A stretch of 64,000 nucleotides of DNA from Naegleria gruberi (Eukaryota). The notes beneath the pieces were generated by a model. The model searched no databases, was not told the DNA's origin, and saw only the letters and a program-made list of their open reading frames with translations. Below are positions 41,114 through 54,947 of the stretch, piece after piece. The stretch lies in assembly GCA_000004985.1 (NCBI GenBank), contig GG738882.1. One strand, given 5' to 3'. Numbering within the stretch: position 1 is the stretch's first letter; each line of letters begins with the position of its first letter. Position numbers and translations under genes: made by a program.

Positions 41114-44100
41114 ATGAGCCAAGATGTAGAGAAAATGAACTCCTCGAAAACATCATCGGAAGATACCAATATTCAACAAGAAATCGAAAGTCTTATGATG
41201 AGTAGAAATAGAATCGAATTACCATCGGTAGTTACTATTGAATCTATTTCTTCTTCGACTTTGAAAATATTAAATTTAATTTTTATTGATGAAGAGTCGA
41301 AACAATTCAAGACAAAATATATTTTAATGTTAAAATCTAATTATAATGAATTTATTAATTATTTTGTTCAACAAATTCAACAATCAAAGTATGTAGAATA
41401 TACTAAAGTTTTTAATATTAATATTTGTTTAGATCCACTCCTCAAGATATTGTATTCGGAATATGTATGCTAGGAATTATTTGTTATATTCTATCTATTG
41501 AATCTATTAGTTGTGGAAGTGATAGTGAATCTATCAATAATACCTTGTTGGAAATCAAGAAGAGTACTGATATTCACTTCTTCACTCTTGTACTTTCACA
41601 AATACAACAACTTCAAGCTAAAAACCACTTTCTTTTGGTTTATCATCAATTGTTAAGCTTGCTCATTGATAATGATCGCACAAAAAGATTCGCACTCGAT
41701 CAAACAACAATCCAATATGCCTATCAATTCATCATCAAGGATTGTCAAAAGTTTATTACAAGTGTGGATAATATTCAAAACATTTTCATGGTACTAGATG
41801 TATTTGATGTTATATCTGAACTTGCTCAGCTCGATTGTAGCAGCAACGGAATTATTAATTATGTTGTTATGGCCATGCAAAATGGCTTTAGAGATGTAAT
41901 AGATATAATTGTTGGTTGGTTCTTGGATCGTAACACAATTTACAAACAAAAGATTAGAATAGGAGAGTCTTTGGAAAAAATCCCTTCTGCACTTTGGGAA
42001 GGTAAACACTTGGATTTTACTGGTAATCTTATCCAAAGATTTGTAAATGACATGTCATCATTAAGTGATGAAAGACAGTATCAAACATTTGTTATTTGCT
42101 TGAGATATCTAGTTTCATCTCTTAGTACTACTACATTTTATTCAATTCTAAATAGAAACAAGACTATTATTTCAGCATTATTAGACAATCTATTTGTTAC
42201 ATCTTTGTCTAAATTTACTGACAAGAAGAAACAAGTTTGGAAGTCTATTTCTGACTGTGTATTAGTGTTCTCTCAAAAAGTAGTATCACACAGAAAGTCT
42301 GGTGATAATAGTTCATCTACTAAAACTATGGAATCAGAAGTTGTGGAAAAAGCAATGTCATATATTGGAAACCTTTTATTACTCACTCCTCATGAAGAAA
42401 TCATTCCTGAATATTTTACATTCATTCAAACAATTGTTAAAGAGCATGAAGCATTCCTTTCAAAGCCAGTTATCAAAAAGTTTGTTTTGGACTTGTCCAA
42501 GTTTGCTGCTGCTCTCACAAATATTGATATATTTGTCTATTTAGAGTTGGCCAAAATATTTGACATTATTTTCAACAAATTTTTCAAAGCTAATTGTTTG
42601 GAGATTTTGAAATGGGTTGGGGAAGCGAACTTTGACAGACTCTTTATTTTTGGAATGATTGGTTATTCTATTGATAAAGGTAACTCGAGCTTATACAAAG
42701 AGTTGCTTGATAACGGTAATTGGATAAATGATATGGTAAAACAAGACGAAATGACTTTTATTGAAATGATCAAGAAATTAAGAGCACTTTTCCCTAAATT
42801 TAAACAAGATCTAGATGTGGACAATGTTCTCAAATTATTAGTCACTATTCTAAATGAATACATGGCTTCGAGAGATATTCAAAAGGAGATTTTGTTATGG
42901 CTTCATCTTATTTATTCATTCGAAGAAAAAAGTCCAACTGAAGTAGTGCTTGATACTTTGCATTCTATCTTAGAAAGTGATTGCTCTGTTGAAAACAAAC
43001 TCACTGTGTTAAAGATTGTGGTAGAATGTCTAAGCAAGATTGATACAGACAAGTACAGCATGTACGGAACAACTCAACTTTTAAATTGTTTCTATAAGTG
43101 TTTAGAGAGTGGAAATGACCAAATATTCAATGAAGCAGTTGAAAGCATCAAAAGATGTGGTCATATATTAGTTGATGAATCTGCATCATCAGAATTCAAG
43201 TGGTTCAGATACTACTCATCACCTTTATTTGAAGAACTTCCTGATATCTCAACTTTGAATTATCATTTCGAAAAGCTTATTAGTTCTTTCGATAAGGTTT
43301 CTCAAGATCCTTTTATTTATAAGAGTGTTCCATTTGCCGTTTTGTATTGTGTTGTGAATAGACTTAAAACTCCATTCGGTGGTGCTATGGCAACATTTGA
43401 AGGGTTTGAAAAATTATTACAATCATTCCCAGAGAATGAAAATTTGCACTATTTTATTAGTGAACTCCAAAGACACGTTAATGCAATCTCTCTTGGTGTA
43501 CATAACAATTTATTTAATGCGCAAATACTTTCTTTCTTTACAGGCAACCAAAAAGTTTGTAACGACTGGTTCAACAGGCTCCAATCCCAAATGTCTGGAA
43601 GAATTATCCACAATGGATTAAAGTCACTCATTACGGAAAAGGAAAGACCTGAAAGAATTGAGTCATTATTGATTGCCATCTGTACCACATTATGTGAAGA
43701 GTATTGTGATAGCGAGGTTTTGAATGGCGTTTTGTCTGTAATGGAAACAGAATTCTCCAAGATACCATCATTCATTCAACTTGCAAAGGCATTTATGGAA
43801 GAAAGTCAAGGAAGATTTGAGCAAGCTCTCCAACATTACCAAAGTGTCACTAGCTTCTTTGATGAGAAGAACAAACTTAAAATTAACGATAGAATTTTAT
43901 TGTGCCAATTCTATCTTAAAACCTCAGATAACTTTGATATTTTAAAGCTTGCCAATGGTTTAGATTTTACACCAGTTATGAACAAGTACATAGAATCAAA
44001 TAGAAAATCTAAAGATGTTGATACAGTTGTTAAACACTCTAACAGACATGAAGAACTTATTGTTAGCAAGTCAGAAGACTCAAACAGTCGTTTCAAAGAA

Positions 44101-47100
44101 TATTGTATTAGAAGATACCTCCACCAAAATGTTATTCCATTCGTTTCTAAAATGATTCCTATTCAAAACTTGAATAAGGTAAAGATCTCTCCTAAGAATG
44201 GAATCATAGTCAGAGTGGATCAAAATGAAATTGATTCACCACTCATTCAAGATCATTTAACCTGCCTAAATATACAAACAGCACATAATATCATTGATAA
44301 CTTGGGTGTTAAGGATGAAAAGTCGGTTTTAAAGATTGATGAGTTATATGCTATTGATCATAAGGAGGCTATTCTCAAGCTTTCTTCACAAATTACTATT
44401 GGAAATAAGGAGCTAACACAAAACATGCCCTTCAAACTTTATACTTGGATTGATCAAAATCAAAAACTTTTGGATAGCGAAACAATAACCAAGATTGGTA
44501 AAAACTTAGGTGCTGAATTGTCAGAAACTCCATCTATTCCATCTGTTCTCAAGGCTATTGTAACAGTTTCTGAGAATTCTGTATCCCTATCACAAGACCA
44601 TCTTCATATTGCTCTTGATTATCTCGAAAAATATGATACAGAAAATAAGAATAGACTGCAAATTTACAAGAATATACTCCAATATCAGAACAATCTCAGC
44701 AGACTTGAAGTCATCAAAATTGTTGCTAAACTCCTTGATGATCTTGAACATTTTGATGAAAATGAATTTAGCCAATTTGTTGAAGATATTGACTATAGAA
44801 TTTGGATTCCTCTCATTCCTCAAATTTTCAGCTTGTTTGGAGAATACTATCCTTACATCAAGTCTGTTATTCTCAAGTTAGGGAAGCACAGACTTCAAAG
44901 TATTATTTATCCATCTGTTGTTAGGTACCTTGAGCACGCAAAAAATGGTACTGATATAATTGCTGAACTTAGAAAAATTAATCCAGAGATGGTGAACAGC
45001 GTTGTTTCCTTTGTTTTAGAGTGTAAGAGGATGACTCACACATGGTTCGATTTATGGTTACAAACCTTAACTGGTTGCAGAAAGTATCTTACCAAGACTG
45101 GTATAAAGAGCCAAAAATTTCAAATATTGCTCGAACAGACATACAACGTTACCATGAACGCTGAGCCAGAAAGCAAGGTAGAACAAATGTTCCAAATTCA
45201 ATATCAGTCCATTCTTAACATGATTTATCATAGTTTATTGGAATTAAGTTATCGTACTGGTGAAATTACTGATGATGAAATTGATATCACCAAACAAAAA
45301 TTATTAGATTTGACTCACCAAATATCAAGAAGCTCCATCTTTAGAGAATTCAATGCTGAGGATGTAGTTCCAAAGCTTCTCAACTATGAAGTTCTGAAGA
45401 ATATTCCAATTCCAGGCTTGCACTTGCACGGTACCTCTAATGAAGATAGTTTGGTCACTATTGAGTCAATTAGTAGTAAGGTTAAAGTATTAGGATCAAA
45501 GACCAAACCAAAGAAAATTGTTTTTATGGGCAATAACGGCAAATACTTTAAATTCTTACTTAAAGGTAAAGAAGATCTCAGACTTGATCAACGTATGCAA
45601 CAATTTATCGGTATTACCAATATGATTTTCAAGTATAGTGACAATCCACATTTGAGAAACAGAGCCTATGATGTTACACCACTTGGTAAAAATTGTGGTT
45701 TGATTGAGTGGATAGATAATACGCAAACTATCTTTAGTCTTTACAAGAAGAAAGACAGTATCTACAAGCCAATGGATCACTACTACAAGTGCTTGTTACC
45801 AATTATCAAATCTGAAAATATTACTAAGCAGCCTTACCCAACTTCAGTTTTAAAGAAGGTTTACGCTAAATGTAAATCCACCATTGATAAGGAAGAAGGA
45901 ATTAATAGTGTAGATACTTTACAAAGACACATTCTCTTTAATCCTGCTCAAACCTCCATTAATAGCAGCTTTGAATCACAAAGAAACTTTGTATTGTCTA
46001 CAGCTTGTATGTCTACAATTGGTTATCTTGTTGGTTTGGGTGACAGACACTTGGATAATATTTTGATGGACTCTTACACCAACGAAGTTATTCACATCGA
46101 TTACCAAATTTGTTTTAATCAAGGATCAAACCTTCCTGTTCCAGAAATTGTTCCTTTCCGTTTGACTCCTTGCATTGCAATGGCTATTGGAGATGGTGTA
46201 ATGAGAACAAAATTCTCTAGTGTTTGTGAAAAGACACTTTCTTCTCTTCATAAGGAAAAGAATTTGCTTTTGAAATTATTGATGACCTTTATTAGTGATC
46301 CACTTATTGACCAAACTTCTGATCAACAACTCTATTCCATCTTTGACAAGCAATTGGACTCTCTATTCTTGGAACAAGTCATTGAAAAGAAGGAAAGTAT
46401 TTGTGATGAATTCAAGGCTACTGCAGAAGGTATTGCTTCTCTTGATATACTTGATGAAGTACCATCATCAGATCAAACTCAAATCGAAGAATATTGTCTC
46501 ATTCTTGATAATAAGAAAAAGTTACAACAAGAGCTTGAACACTTAAGTGTTAGCTCCTTTGAAAACATTCCAATGTTGAAAGAAAAGTTAGAACAGGAAC
46601 ACTCAAGAATTTCTGGTGAAAAGTCTAATTTGAACACTTTGTTAGAAGATCAATTGAAGAAATTCAGCGACGAATCACATGCTCACTTCAACTTGTTCAA
46701 TACTTTGAAATCTAGAGAATTTAACAATAACCATCTTGCTATTTCCATTTCTAAACCAGAACCTCTTTTACGTCATGTTCTTCCTTATCTTTCCATTGAC
46801 TTTACTGATTACAAGTTGAGAGAAGCTGCCATAGAAGAGAAGCAAATGAAACTCAGAAATATCAATTTAGATCTCACTAACTCCCTAAGAGAAATTCAAC
46901 TTATTTACAAGAGTTATACTGACATGGAATACATTAGTCATGATATCAAATATGTAATTTCCAACGTATTGCATCGTTTACTGATCTGTAAAGATGCAAG
47001 CCAATTTGATTCAATTATCAGGTCTATCTCTGAACCAGAGCAAGAGCTTGTTGAAATTATTAGAGAAGTTGATGACGAACTCGAAAAGATGAACAGGGAT

Positions 47101-49167
47101 TTGGTTTATCTTGAAAATAAGCAAGTCAACCATCCACCTATGACTCAATATGGTCAACAAACTGTAGATTGTTCTTTATTATTGAACCAACTTATTGTTG
47201 AAGTTGTTGAAAGCTCAAACACTATGCAACCTTCTGAACCACAAGTCTATGATCTTTGTGATTGGTGTGGTTTTAGAAATCTCCTTAAAATTGAAGGATG
47301 TATCACTTTCTGTTACGACAGTATTCCAACCATTCAACAACTTACTCCAACAAAGGATCAATTAGCACTCCTCTCAACTGGTATTAGCAACATTACCAAT
47401 GCTGTTAGACAATTTTTGGACAACTTAATGTTTGTTATTATTCCAGAGTTTATTACAGCACTTTCCCAATCTGATGCTGTTCGTCAACTTTTGGCTTCTG
47501 TTACTACACTTTTCCAAACTGCTGATATGAGCCCACAACAAAAAATGTTGGCCTATCAACTCAATATTAGCAACAAAGGATCTAGTGCTAATGTCTTGTG
47601 TTTAGCATTTGATTCACAATTCTCCCAACTAGAAATTCCATTCAAAGAATTGAGTTTAATTCCAGGTGTTTCTGATTTAATCATTGCCACCAAGTTGGAT
47701 ACTCTTAATGATATTTTTGTTGAATTGTTGAACTATAATCCATCTTACAACCAATCTCTGTTCAACATCCTCAATATTATGAAGGATCACATCGACACCT
47801 TTGTTGAAAAGATTACAGTCCCTACCTTGACTCAAACATTGCAACAATGGAATATCTATGACCCTTATGTTACCAATACCTTTAATAGCAACGAAGTTCT
47901 TGTGCACACTATTCAAAAGCTTTATGCAAACTTTGAAGAATTCGGTAATAATATGGTTCAAAAGCTATGTGCACCAAGAACAAAGGAATGTTTCATTCGT
48001 TTGCAACATTTGATTTGGAACAATCAATTTAGTGGTCAATTGAGCATCAAGAATAAGGATATTGTACACTGGAAGGAATTAATGCTAGAAAAGCTTGAAA
48101 AGTCTATCAAGCAATATGCCACCACAAAGGACGAACTCTACCAAGATTTGGTTGATTTGCAAAACTTAGAAAGCACCAAGTATCTTGCAATTTGCAAACC
48201 TCTCCTCAATGAGTCACAATTCAATGGCCTCCTTACAAATATTGCTTCCAGAAATATGAACTATGATATTATGCTCAAGACTATTCATAGCGAAATCCTA
48301 TTGGCTAAGTCAATTCTTACTGTAGAAAAGAAAGATAGACAACTTCCATTTGATACTAGCGATATGGAATCAATCTATGGTAGTGAATGTTATGGTGTAA
48401 TTAAGCGCTTATTGAGCACACATGAAAAGGAAATTCAATATAACAAGGAATACACAGATTTGACAAACCAAAAGGAAAGATATGATGAACTTCAAAATGA
48501 TATTGCTGTTTTAGTTGAAAAGTTGAAGGAACCTGAACTCGTCAACGTTCAATCTAACCAAATGAATTATTCAGATCTTGTCAGATCCAAATTCATTGCC
48601 CCATACAAGCAATTAGCTAAGACAATTTCCTCCTACATGAATATGATTTCTCAATTGATTAGTGTATTGCAATCTATGATCGAACTGAGTAGCTTCCACA
48701 AAGTCTTTAGACAATACTTGCAAATGATTGAAGCCAAACTTACAAATCATTATGAAGTTGTGAATCAATACTTTATAGATTGTAATGATTCGCTTGAGTT
48801 TAAGAAAGACTCAACTGACTCTTTATTCCATTATCAACATCATGCTCGTCTCACGACAAGAACAAGAGAGCTTAAGAATTCTGTTGATGAAATGTTTGAC
48901 TATACCATTGAACAAATCAATGAAATTTCTAAACAAATCGAAGAACAATCATATATTGAAAGTGTTCATGATGATTTACTTCCTCCTCAACAAAAGAATA
49001 CTAACAATAATTATGATGGTAATTTCATTGTCAATCTAGTTGGAAAGAGACTTAATGAAGCTGACTCAGAGGAAAAGGTCAAGGCCATCATTTCCAAGCA
49101 AATCGATTTGGCAAGCAGTGAGGAAAACCTCTCAAAGATGTATAAGGGTTGGATTCCATGGTTGTAA
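41114..49167 (+). CDS. SMG1-type phosphatidylinositol 3-kinase-related kinase (nonsense-mediated decay kinase)
   Basis: Exons 41114..41388 and 41433..49167 with a 44-nt intron (AA|GTATGT ... TTTGTTTAG). CDS 8010 nt = 2669 aa. Kinase-domain blocks KPKKIVFMGNNGKYFKFLLKGKEDLRLDQRMQQF, GLGDRHLDNILMD, HIDYQICFNQG (the SMG1-type DYN/Q in place of DFG) and PFRLTPCIAMAIG. About 950 residues lie between the catalytic domain and the FATC-like end KMYKGWIPWL, as in SMG1. Confidence 0.85.
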
Positions 49168-49181
49168 ACTAATCTTTCAAT

Positions 49182-50177
49182 TTATAAAAGTTCATCTATT
49201 TTACAATCTTTCACTGTAAATTCTTTACCGTGAGGACTTTTGTCTGTATTTCTGGAAACATTTAATTTGAGTTCTAATGGGATATGTTTCGAGGTCAAAC
49301 TTCCCAATGCAACACTCATCATGTGGTCTCTTGTATAATTTCGTATCACTACAAAATCCCACTCTGCTGAATTATCTTGTCCATCCACAAATATCTTAAT
49401 TTTATCTTGCTTATTTTCGAAATGCTCACTTGGAAGCGAAATTTGATCCATTCTTTCACAATTAATACACTCCTCTAACACTGTACTTGGCTTATTAAAT
49501 CTGAATTCAATTCTTGTTAATTCTCCAAAACTCAGACCCATTCCTAATGCTTTTATGAATGATTCCTTCAAAGTCCAATGTATGAAAAATCTCTCCATTG
49601 TTTCCTTTTTAATAGTTTCGTCTGTACAAACATCAAGTTGTTTCAGTAATAGTTCAAAATTATTATTATTTTCTTGAGAGGTATGCAGAGGATATAATAT
49701 TGTATTCCACTCCCTATCAGTAAAACATGATCTCATCAAATCATAAAACTCAGTCAATGCCAAATTCCACTTATCATCAAGCTTGGTATCTCTCACATGA
49801 ACTTCTTCAATATCCAATCCTAACACTTTTTCATTATCCTTTCCATGATAATAACCAAACAAAACCCACTGTCCCGAATGAGAAATATTAAAATCAATAG
49901 AAGATGATTCATTTCTAATTTTCTTAAGATATGGCTTTCCGTATTTACATTGTTCGATATTTAATAAATTTGTAATATCCTTTTTTAAATAGTATCGACA
50001 CAAGGCTTTTCCGATAAGTGATCGGTAACGATCCAAAACCTGATAAAACCTTCCGATCTTTATTTGCTCCTGATGATTTAAATATTCATCGGAGAGGTGT
50101 TTGAATTGTTTGTCCAAGGCTTCTTGTTGTTCCTTCACGTTGAAGAGAAATAATTTCAAAGCAAAACTTTGATTCAT
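49182..50177 (-). CDS. 4'-phosphopantetheinyl transferase (Sfp/AASDHPPT type)
   Basis: 331-aa single ORF. GLDIEEV (first Mg site) and WTLKESFIKALGMGLSFG (W/FxxKES motif). Confidence 0.8.
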   Translation of the reverse strand: MNQSFALKLFLFNVKEQQEALDKQFKHLSDEYLNHQEQIKIGRFYQVLDRYRSLIGKALCRYYLKKDITNLLNIEQCKYGKPYLKKIRNESSSIDFNISHSGQWVLFGYYHGKDNEKVLGLDIEEVHVRDTKLDDKWNLALTEFYDLMRSCFTDREWNTILYPLHTSQENNNNFELLLKQLDVCTDETIKKETMERFFIHWTLKESFIKALGMGLSFGELTRIEFRFNKPSTVLEECINCERMDQISLPSEHFENKQDKIKIFVDGQDNSAEWDFVVIRNYTRDHMMSVALGSLTSKHIPLELKLNVSRNTDKSPHGKEFTVKDCKIDELL

Positions 50178-50316
50178 TTTTTTAATAAAATTAAATTCAT
50201 TAATTATTGAATATTACTAAATATTAAAGTATACTATTTAATTTCATATTAAAAGAGTAGATGGTTGTATAAAAGAGGAAAATTAAAATATCTTTTCAAA
50301 AACAATAGAAAAAAAA

Positions 50317-51293
50317 ATGGGACAAGAACAAACAAAGCCAACATCATCGGAGCCTTCAACTCCATCAACTCCTTCATCAATTAATATTCCCTATACATCG
50401 TTTTCTGTTCCTAAAATTCAGGGAGCTTCATCTAGTGCCTTGAGAAAACTTTCAATCTTGGGAACACCAACAAAATCCTCAACAACACCAACAGGTGATC
50501 AAAAAACACAAAAAACCGGAGATGATGATATTATAGCTGTGGTGACTCTTGATGGACAGGGAGAAGCAAAAGTGGATGAAACATTTCCAGATGGAATTAA
50601 TGATGTAATTGATAGTAGAAATAATAATGAAAAGGATGATTTATTAAGAGAATTAAAACAATTGGCAGAATTTTATCCTTTGATACGATCAAAAGTGGAA
50701 CAAAAATCGTCAACTTTATCTAGTATTTTGAAATTTAATGCAAAGGATTATTTTTCTACATCTAATAATAATCCAAATGTATTTACTGATCCATCACTTA
50801 AAGAATTAGATTGTATAGATGCTAAACCTCTAGTGGATATTTGTGCAGAGTTCCAAACAAATGCTATGCATCAAAGTAAGTGTTTAAAATAGTAGTGGAA
50901 GAATGTAACATTCTGGTTTATTATAGATCGAGCTGTGGCCTTCAGACAAGAGGAAGTTTTAAAGTTATTGACAGCCACCTGTATAAAATCTAACAATACA
51001 CACAAATTATTGGAAAGGAAGAATGCTGAATTGCAGAATGTTGCATCAGAATTAAGAGATGGTATGTTCACTTTGATTTCACATTTTAACAATTGATTTT
51101 AGCTGAAAGATTGAATAGATATGTGGAACAAACAAGAAAATATGTAGATTTAATAATTTTACAAGTTCAAGAATTGGAATCTCTGCTTCCTCATTCAGTA
51201 AGAGCATCAATAGATACACCTCTCTTTGAAAAATGTAATAGTGAACCTTTATTCTCTGAACCAACAGAACAAAACAATGCAATTGAAAAATAA
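50317..51293 (+). CDS. BORC complex subunit 5 (myrlysin/LOH12CR1) homolog, N-myristoylation consensus
   Basis: Three exons 50317..50875, 50927..51061 and 51103..51293 (GTAAGT and GTATGT donors; introns 51 and 41 nt). CDS 885 nt = 294 aa. Starts MGQEQTK (Gly2). Blocks matching myrlysin: DDIIAVVTLDGQGE, HQSNRAVAFRQEEVLKLL (vs HQCAEAVAFDQNALVKRI) and RYVEQTRKYVDLIILQVQEL. Confidence 0.7.
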
Positions 51294-51342
51294 ATTAAAT
51301 AATTTAATACTACAAGTTGACATATTTTACAATTGAGAATTC

Positions 51343-52769
51343 TTAATGTTTCTTCTTTCCAAGATTGAAAGCAAGAAAACTATTCACTGTTGGATCACCA
51401 AATATACAACCTAAAGTTCCATCCTCTTCTTCTAAAGGTTCATATTTTTCTTTATCAGTTGTTCGTTCATCAGCAGGTTTCAAATGTCTCATCCAAAAAG
51501 CTCTGTCATACGCTTTCAATAAATAGTATTCATATCTGTGATTGATTTGGAAATCTGGATCCACCTCAAATAATCCCTTAGCAAATAAATCTAGTTCCTT
51601 ATGTGTCTTGAACAGCACACTCTTCTTTTTGAGATACTTGCTTGTTTCATTATTTTCACTAAAGAACTTTTGTTTGAAAGCATCATCCAATTCAAATTCC
51701 ATTTCTCCACAACCGTCTTCTCTCAAAGTTTTAACATAGTTTGCAAGAGGAAGAGGGAATGAATTTAATGAATCTGATAATCCCAAATTTTGTAAAATTT
51801 CATCTATGAATTGTTGGCAATTACCAGTCTAAAGATGCATGTCAGAAATTATGATTGTCTAAATACTTACACCACCCTCTGGTTCTCCCTTTTGTTGTTT
51901 ATAGAAAACACCAGTATTCCACTTCACAATAGTTTCGGCAAGTTTATCTCTTACGAAATCCAATTCATCCAAACTAGCAATACTTTCAATATCAGCACAA
52001 ACTAGGGCATAATTACCAGTAACAGTACGTGGAATACATAATGATGAATTATTCCATTCAATCTAATAAAATAATTATGACTTGAAATTCCCAATAACTA
52101 TAAACATACCTTCCAACATCCAACAGATAAAGCAATATGGAAAAATCCAAATGGTGCCTTTCTCTTTTCCATATCTACAAATGGTGAAATCATCTTTTTC
52201 AAATTCTTTTCCAATGAATTTTTGCTAGTTTCAGCAACAATAAGTTTGATTCTAATTTTGTTATTATCGAGCTCAGTATAAGGATTTTGGAAAGGTAATC
52301 CAGAATCCGTCAATTCACTAGTATCATCTTCGTCATCGTCATCAAATTCGTGATCATTTTCTCCGTTAGCACCACTACTTCTACGAGGTCTACTACTACT
52401 AGCACTGGCACTAGCATTACCTTCAACAGAAAGTTCTGAACCACCAATAGGTGAAGCAGAAGCTTGTGAACTATATTTCATTGTTGCTCTTTGAATACCA
52501 GTTGGTTTAATCATCTTTAAATCTTTAATTGACCTTTGCAGTTCCTTTGCCTTTTCAAAATTTGTATGTAAATAAATTTCCTTTAATCGATTCTTATCAG
52601 ATAATATTGTTGCAAATTTATCAAGACTTTCTCCTTGTAATTTATCTCCGTAGAGAGTTTGTAATTTTTGAATAACGACCTTCTTTCCACTATCTTCATC
52701 AGCCTGATTAAAAGTATTTAAATCATTATTGGTAGTGTTGGTACTTGGTCGACTCGGATTTATTCCCAT
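51343..52769 (-). CDS. PPPDE (DeSI)-like / NlpC-P60-superfamily putative thiol peptidase, N-myristoylation consensus
   Basis: Three exons 52110..52769, about 51870..52062 and 51343..51828 (GTATGT and GTAAGT donors; introns about 47 and 41 nt). CDS about 1338 nt = 445 aa. Starts MGINPSR. His block APFGFFHIALSVGCWKIEW and Cys block GGTGNCQQFIDEILQNLG resemble the PPPDE and LRAT catalytic dyad (HxG..., NC.HF). Long acidic/Ser-rich N-terminal region. Confidence 0.5.
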
Positions 52770-53163
52770 CTTGTGTTGTTGTTGATATTGTTATTATTAT
52801 TATTTGTTGATTGTTGATTATTATATAATTAATTATGATGTTATTGTACAAATGGTGATGAAATACAAAAAACACCAATTCCGTATTATTATTGCTGTTG
52901 TTATTAATACTACTACAAAAAATTTAAGTAATGATGATGATGGTGTTGGTGTTGGTGAAAAAACAAAAACTCTTCAAGTTGTTTCTTTTCCAAGTTGTTG
53001 AAATTTTTTCTAAAAATTCATCTTTCCAACTTTGAGAATCTCAAAAATAGCAAAATGAAAAAAACATGAATTTTCAGAACAATGAACAGAGTTTATCAAT
53101 TTACTAGAGAACTATTGGGGAGAGATGTATAATCTTTCCAGAATTGAAAATGGAATACTTGTT

Positions 53164-54685
53164 TTATTGTTTGCCATTTGATTTGATGCAAATATCATAC
53201 CCAGAGTAGAGAACATTACCCATGGCACAAATCTTTTTCAATTTACAAGGTTTGTCAAAATGACATACATTTTTTGGATAACCAGCTCCAAATCTGAGAG
53301 CAAACTTGTCCCATTGCTCCTTAACTGGATTCAATTGATTGAAAATTAAGCCGTTAATTGAGGCAGGAGATAGATCAGTAAGGCCATATCCATTAATAAA
53401 ATCATATTCCATTGACCAAGTAATTTTACCATCGAGATTGGCTTTAGTCAAGTTTGCAACAAAGGTAAAGATATTTTCGAGTTGGAAAGTTTGCTTATTG
53501 TACTGAACAAGTCTGAATGAAGGATTATGTTCTTCCCATTGAGTGACAGCAGGTGTTACGTAGGCAACTCCAGTTGGCTTGGTTGAGGTAGCAACATCTT
53601 TGAAAACCTTGAGGTGATCATTGTGAGTGTGACCATAGAATTGACCAACAAGAATGGAGCTATATCTTTCAACAATTTTTGACATGCCCAAATTGAATTC
53701 TCCAGTACTTTCCTCCAATGAGCTACTTGTAGAAATTCCTGGTGGAATGTGACCGAGGATAACAACCTTTTCATTGGCAGCTTGAGCAGCAGCCAAAGTA
53801 GTATTAAGCCATGCAAGTTGTTGACCTGGATCTTTATCAGTTGTGGAAAGGAGCCAGAAATTGAGAGGATTACAAAATTGAGTATTAATAACAACAGCTC
53901 TAAATCCAGGTTCCAACAAGACTGTATAATAACCCATTTCTTTGAAGGAATTGAGGGCTGCAGGTCCATCTGGGAATGAATTAAAACTGAATTGGAATGC
54001 ATCACCAACAGGATGTAAATACCAAGCATTCTTTGATGGATCCAATGGTGTTAAATTAATCGGTGCCATGTCATGATTGCCCATTGATGGAATAATTCTA
54101 TTTTGGAATTTAGATCCAGAAAGTCCTGATCTAAGAGCATTAGCAACCAACAATCCATAATTCAAATTATATTCCTGATTGTAATTCCAATCATCATGAG
54201 CCAAATTATCACTATTACAATAAAATTACAATAAGAGTTATATCAATAATTATTAATAAATATACGAATTATCATTTCAATATATCAAAAACAACAATAT
54301 TAGCAACTACTAACCCTCCATAAAACACAAAACTAGCCTCCAATGGATAAGTCTTTATAAAATCCAAAGCACTCATAAAAGTTTCCAATGGAATATCACA
54401 CGGACCATAACTTCCAAATCTTCCAGCCTTTGTAGAATTACCAGGCGATGATTTTCTACAACAAATCAACTCTCCACACTCAACACTAGATCCCTGTGAA
54501 TAATCAGAGTCTAAATGTGGATCCGTCACATGCCAAAAGAATCCACTATTTGATGAAGAACCACTATTGATTTTAATTATTGGTGAAGCTGATTGAACAT
54601 TTTCCAACAAGAAAATCATGAAAATAACCAACAACAAGTAAATTGAACCACTAATAACAATCCTATTCATGTTGTTGATCATCAA
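53164..54685 (-). CDS. acid sphingomyelinase-like phosphodiesterase (SMPDL3/ASM family, calcineurin-like metallophosphoesterase), secreted
   Basis: Exons 54275..54685 and 53164..54205 with a ~69-nt intron (GG|GTTAGT ... TAATAG). Signal peptide MMINNMNRIVISGSIYLLLVIFMIFLL. Motifs WHVTDPHLDSDY, GGGDNLAHD, GHIPPG, GHTHNDH and a Cys-rich C-terminal region. Confidence 0.8.
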
Positions 54686-54947
54686 TTGTTTTTTTTGTAA
54701 TGATGATTATGTTGATGACTTATCGCACATGCAACAGAATCACTTTGTTCTGAATGGATATTTGATGTTGTTGAAGAATCATCACATCTAAGAATCAATA
54801 ATTTCTCAATATAATATAATTAATTTGATAAAAAACGATGAACATATATTGAGAAGTTGGAACAAGATGATCAATTAGAAAAAAATAACAAACTGTTAGC
54901 TGTTGTTGTTGTTGGCATTGGTGAATAGGAAAGAAGAAGAATAGAAA

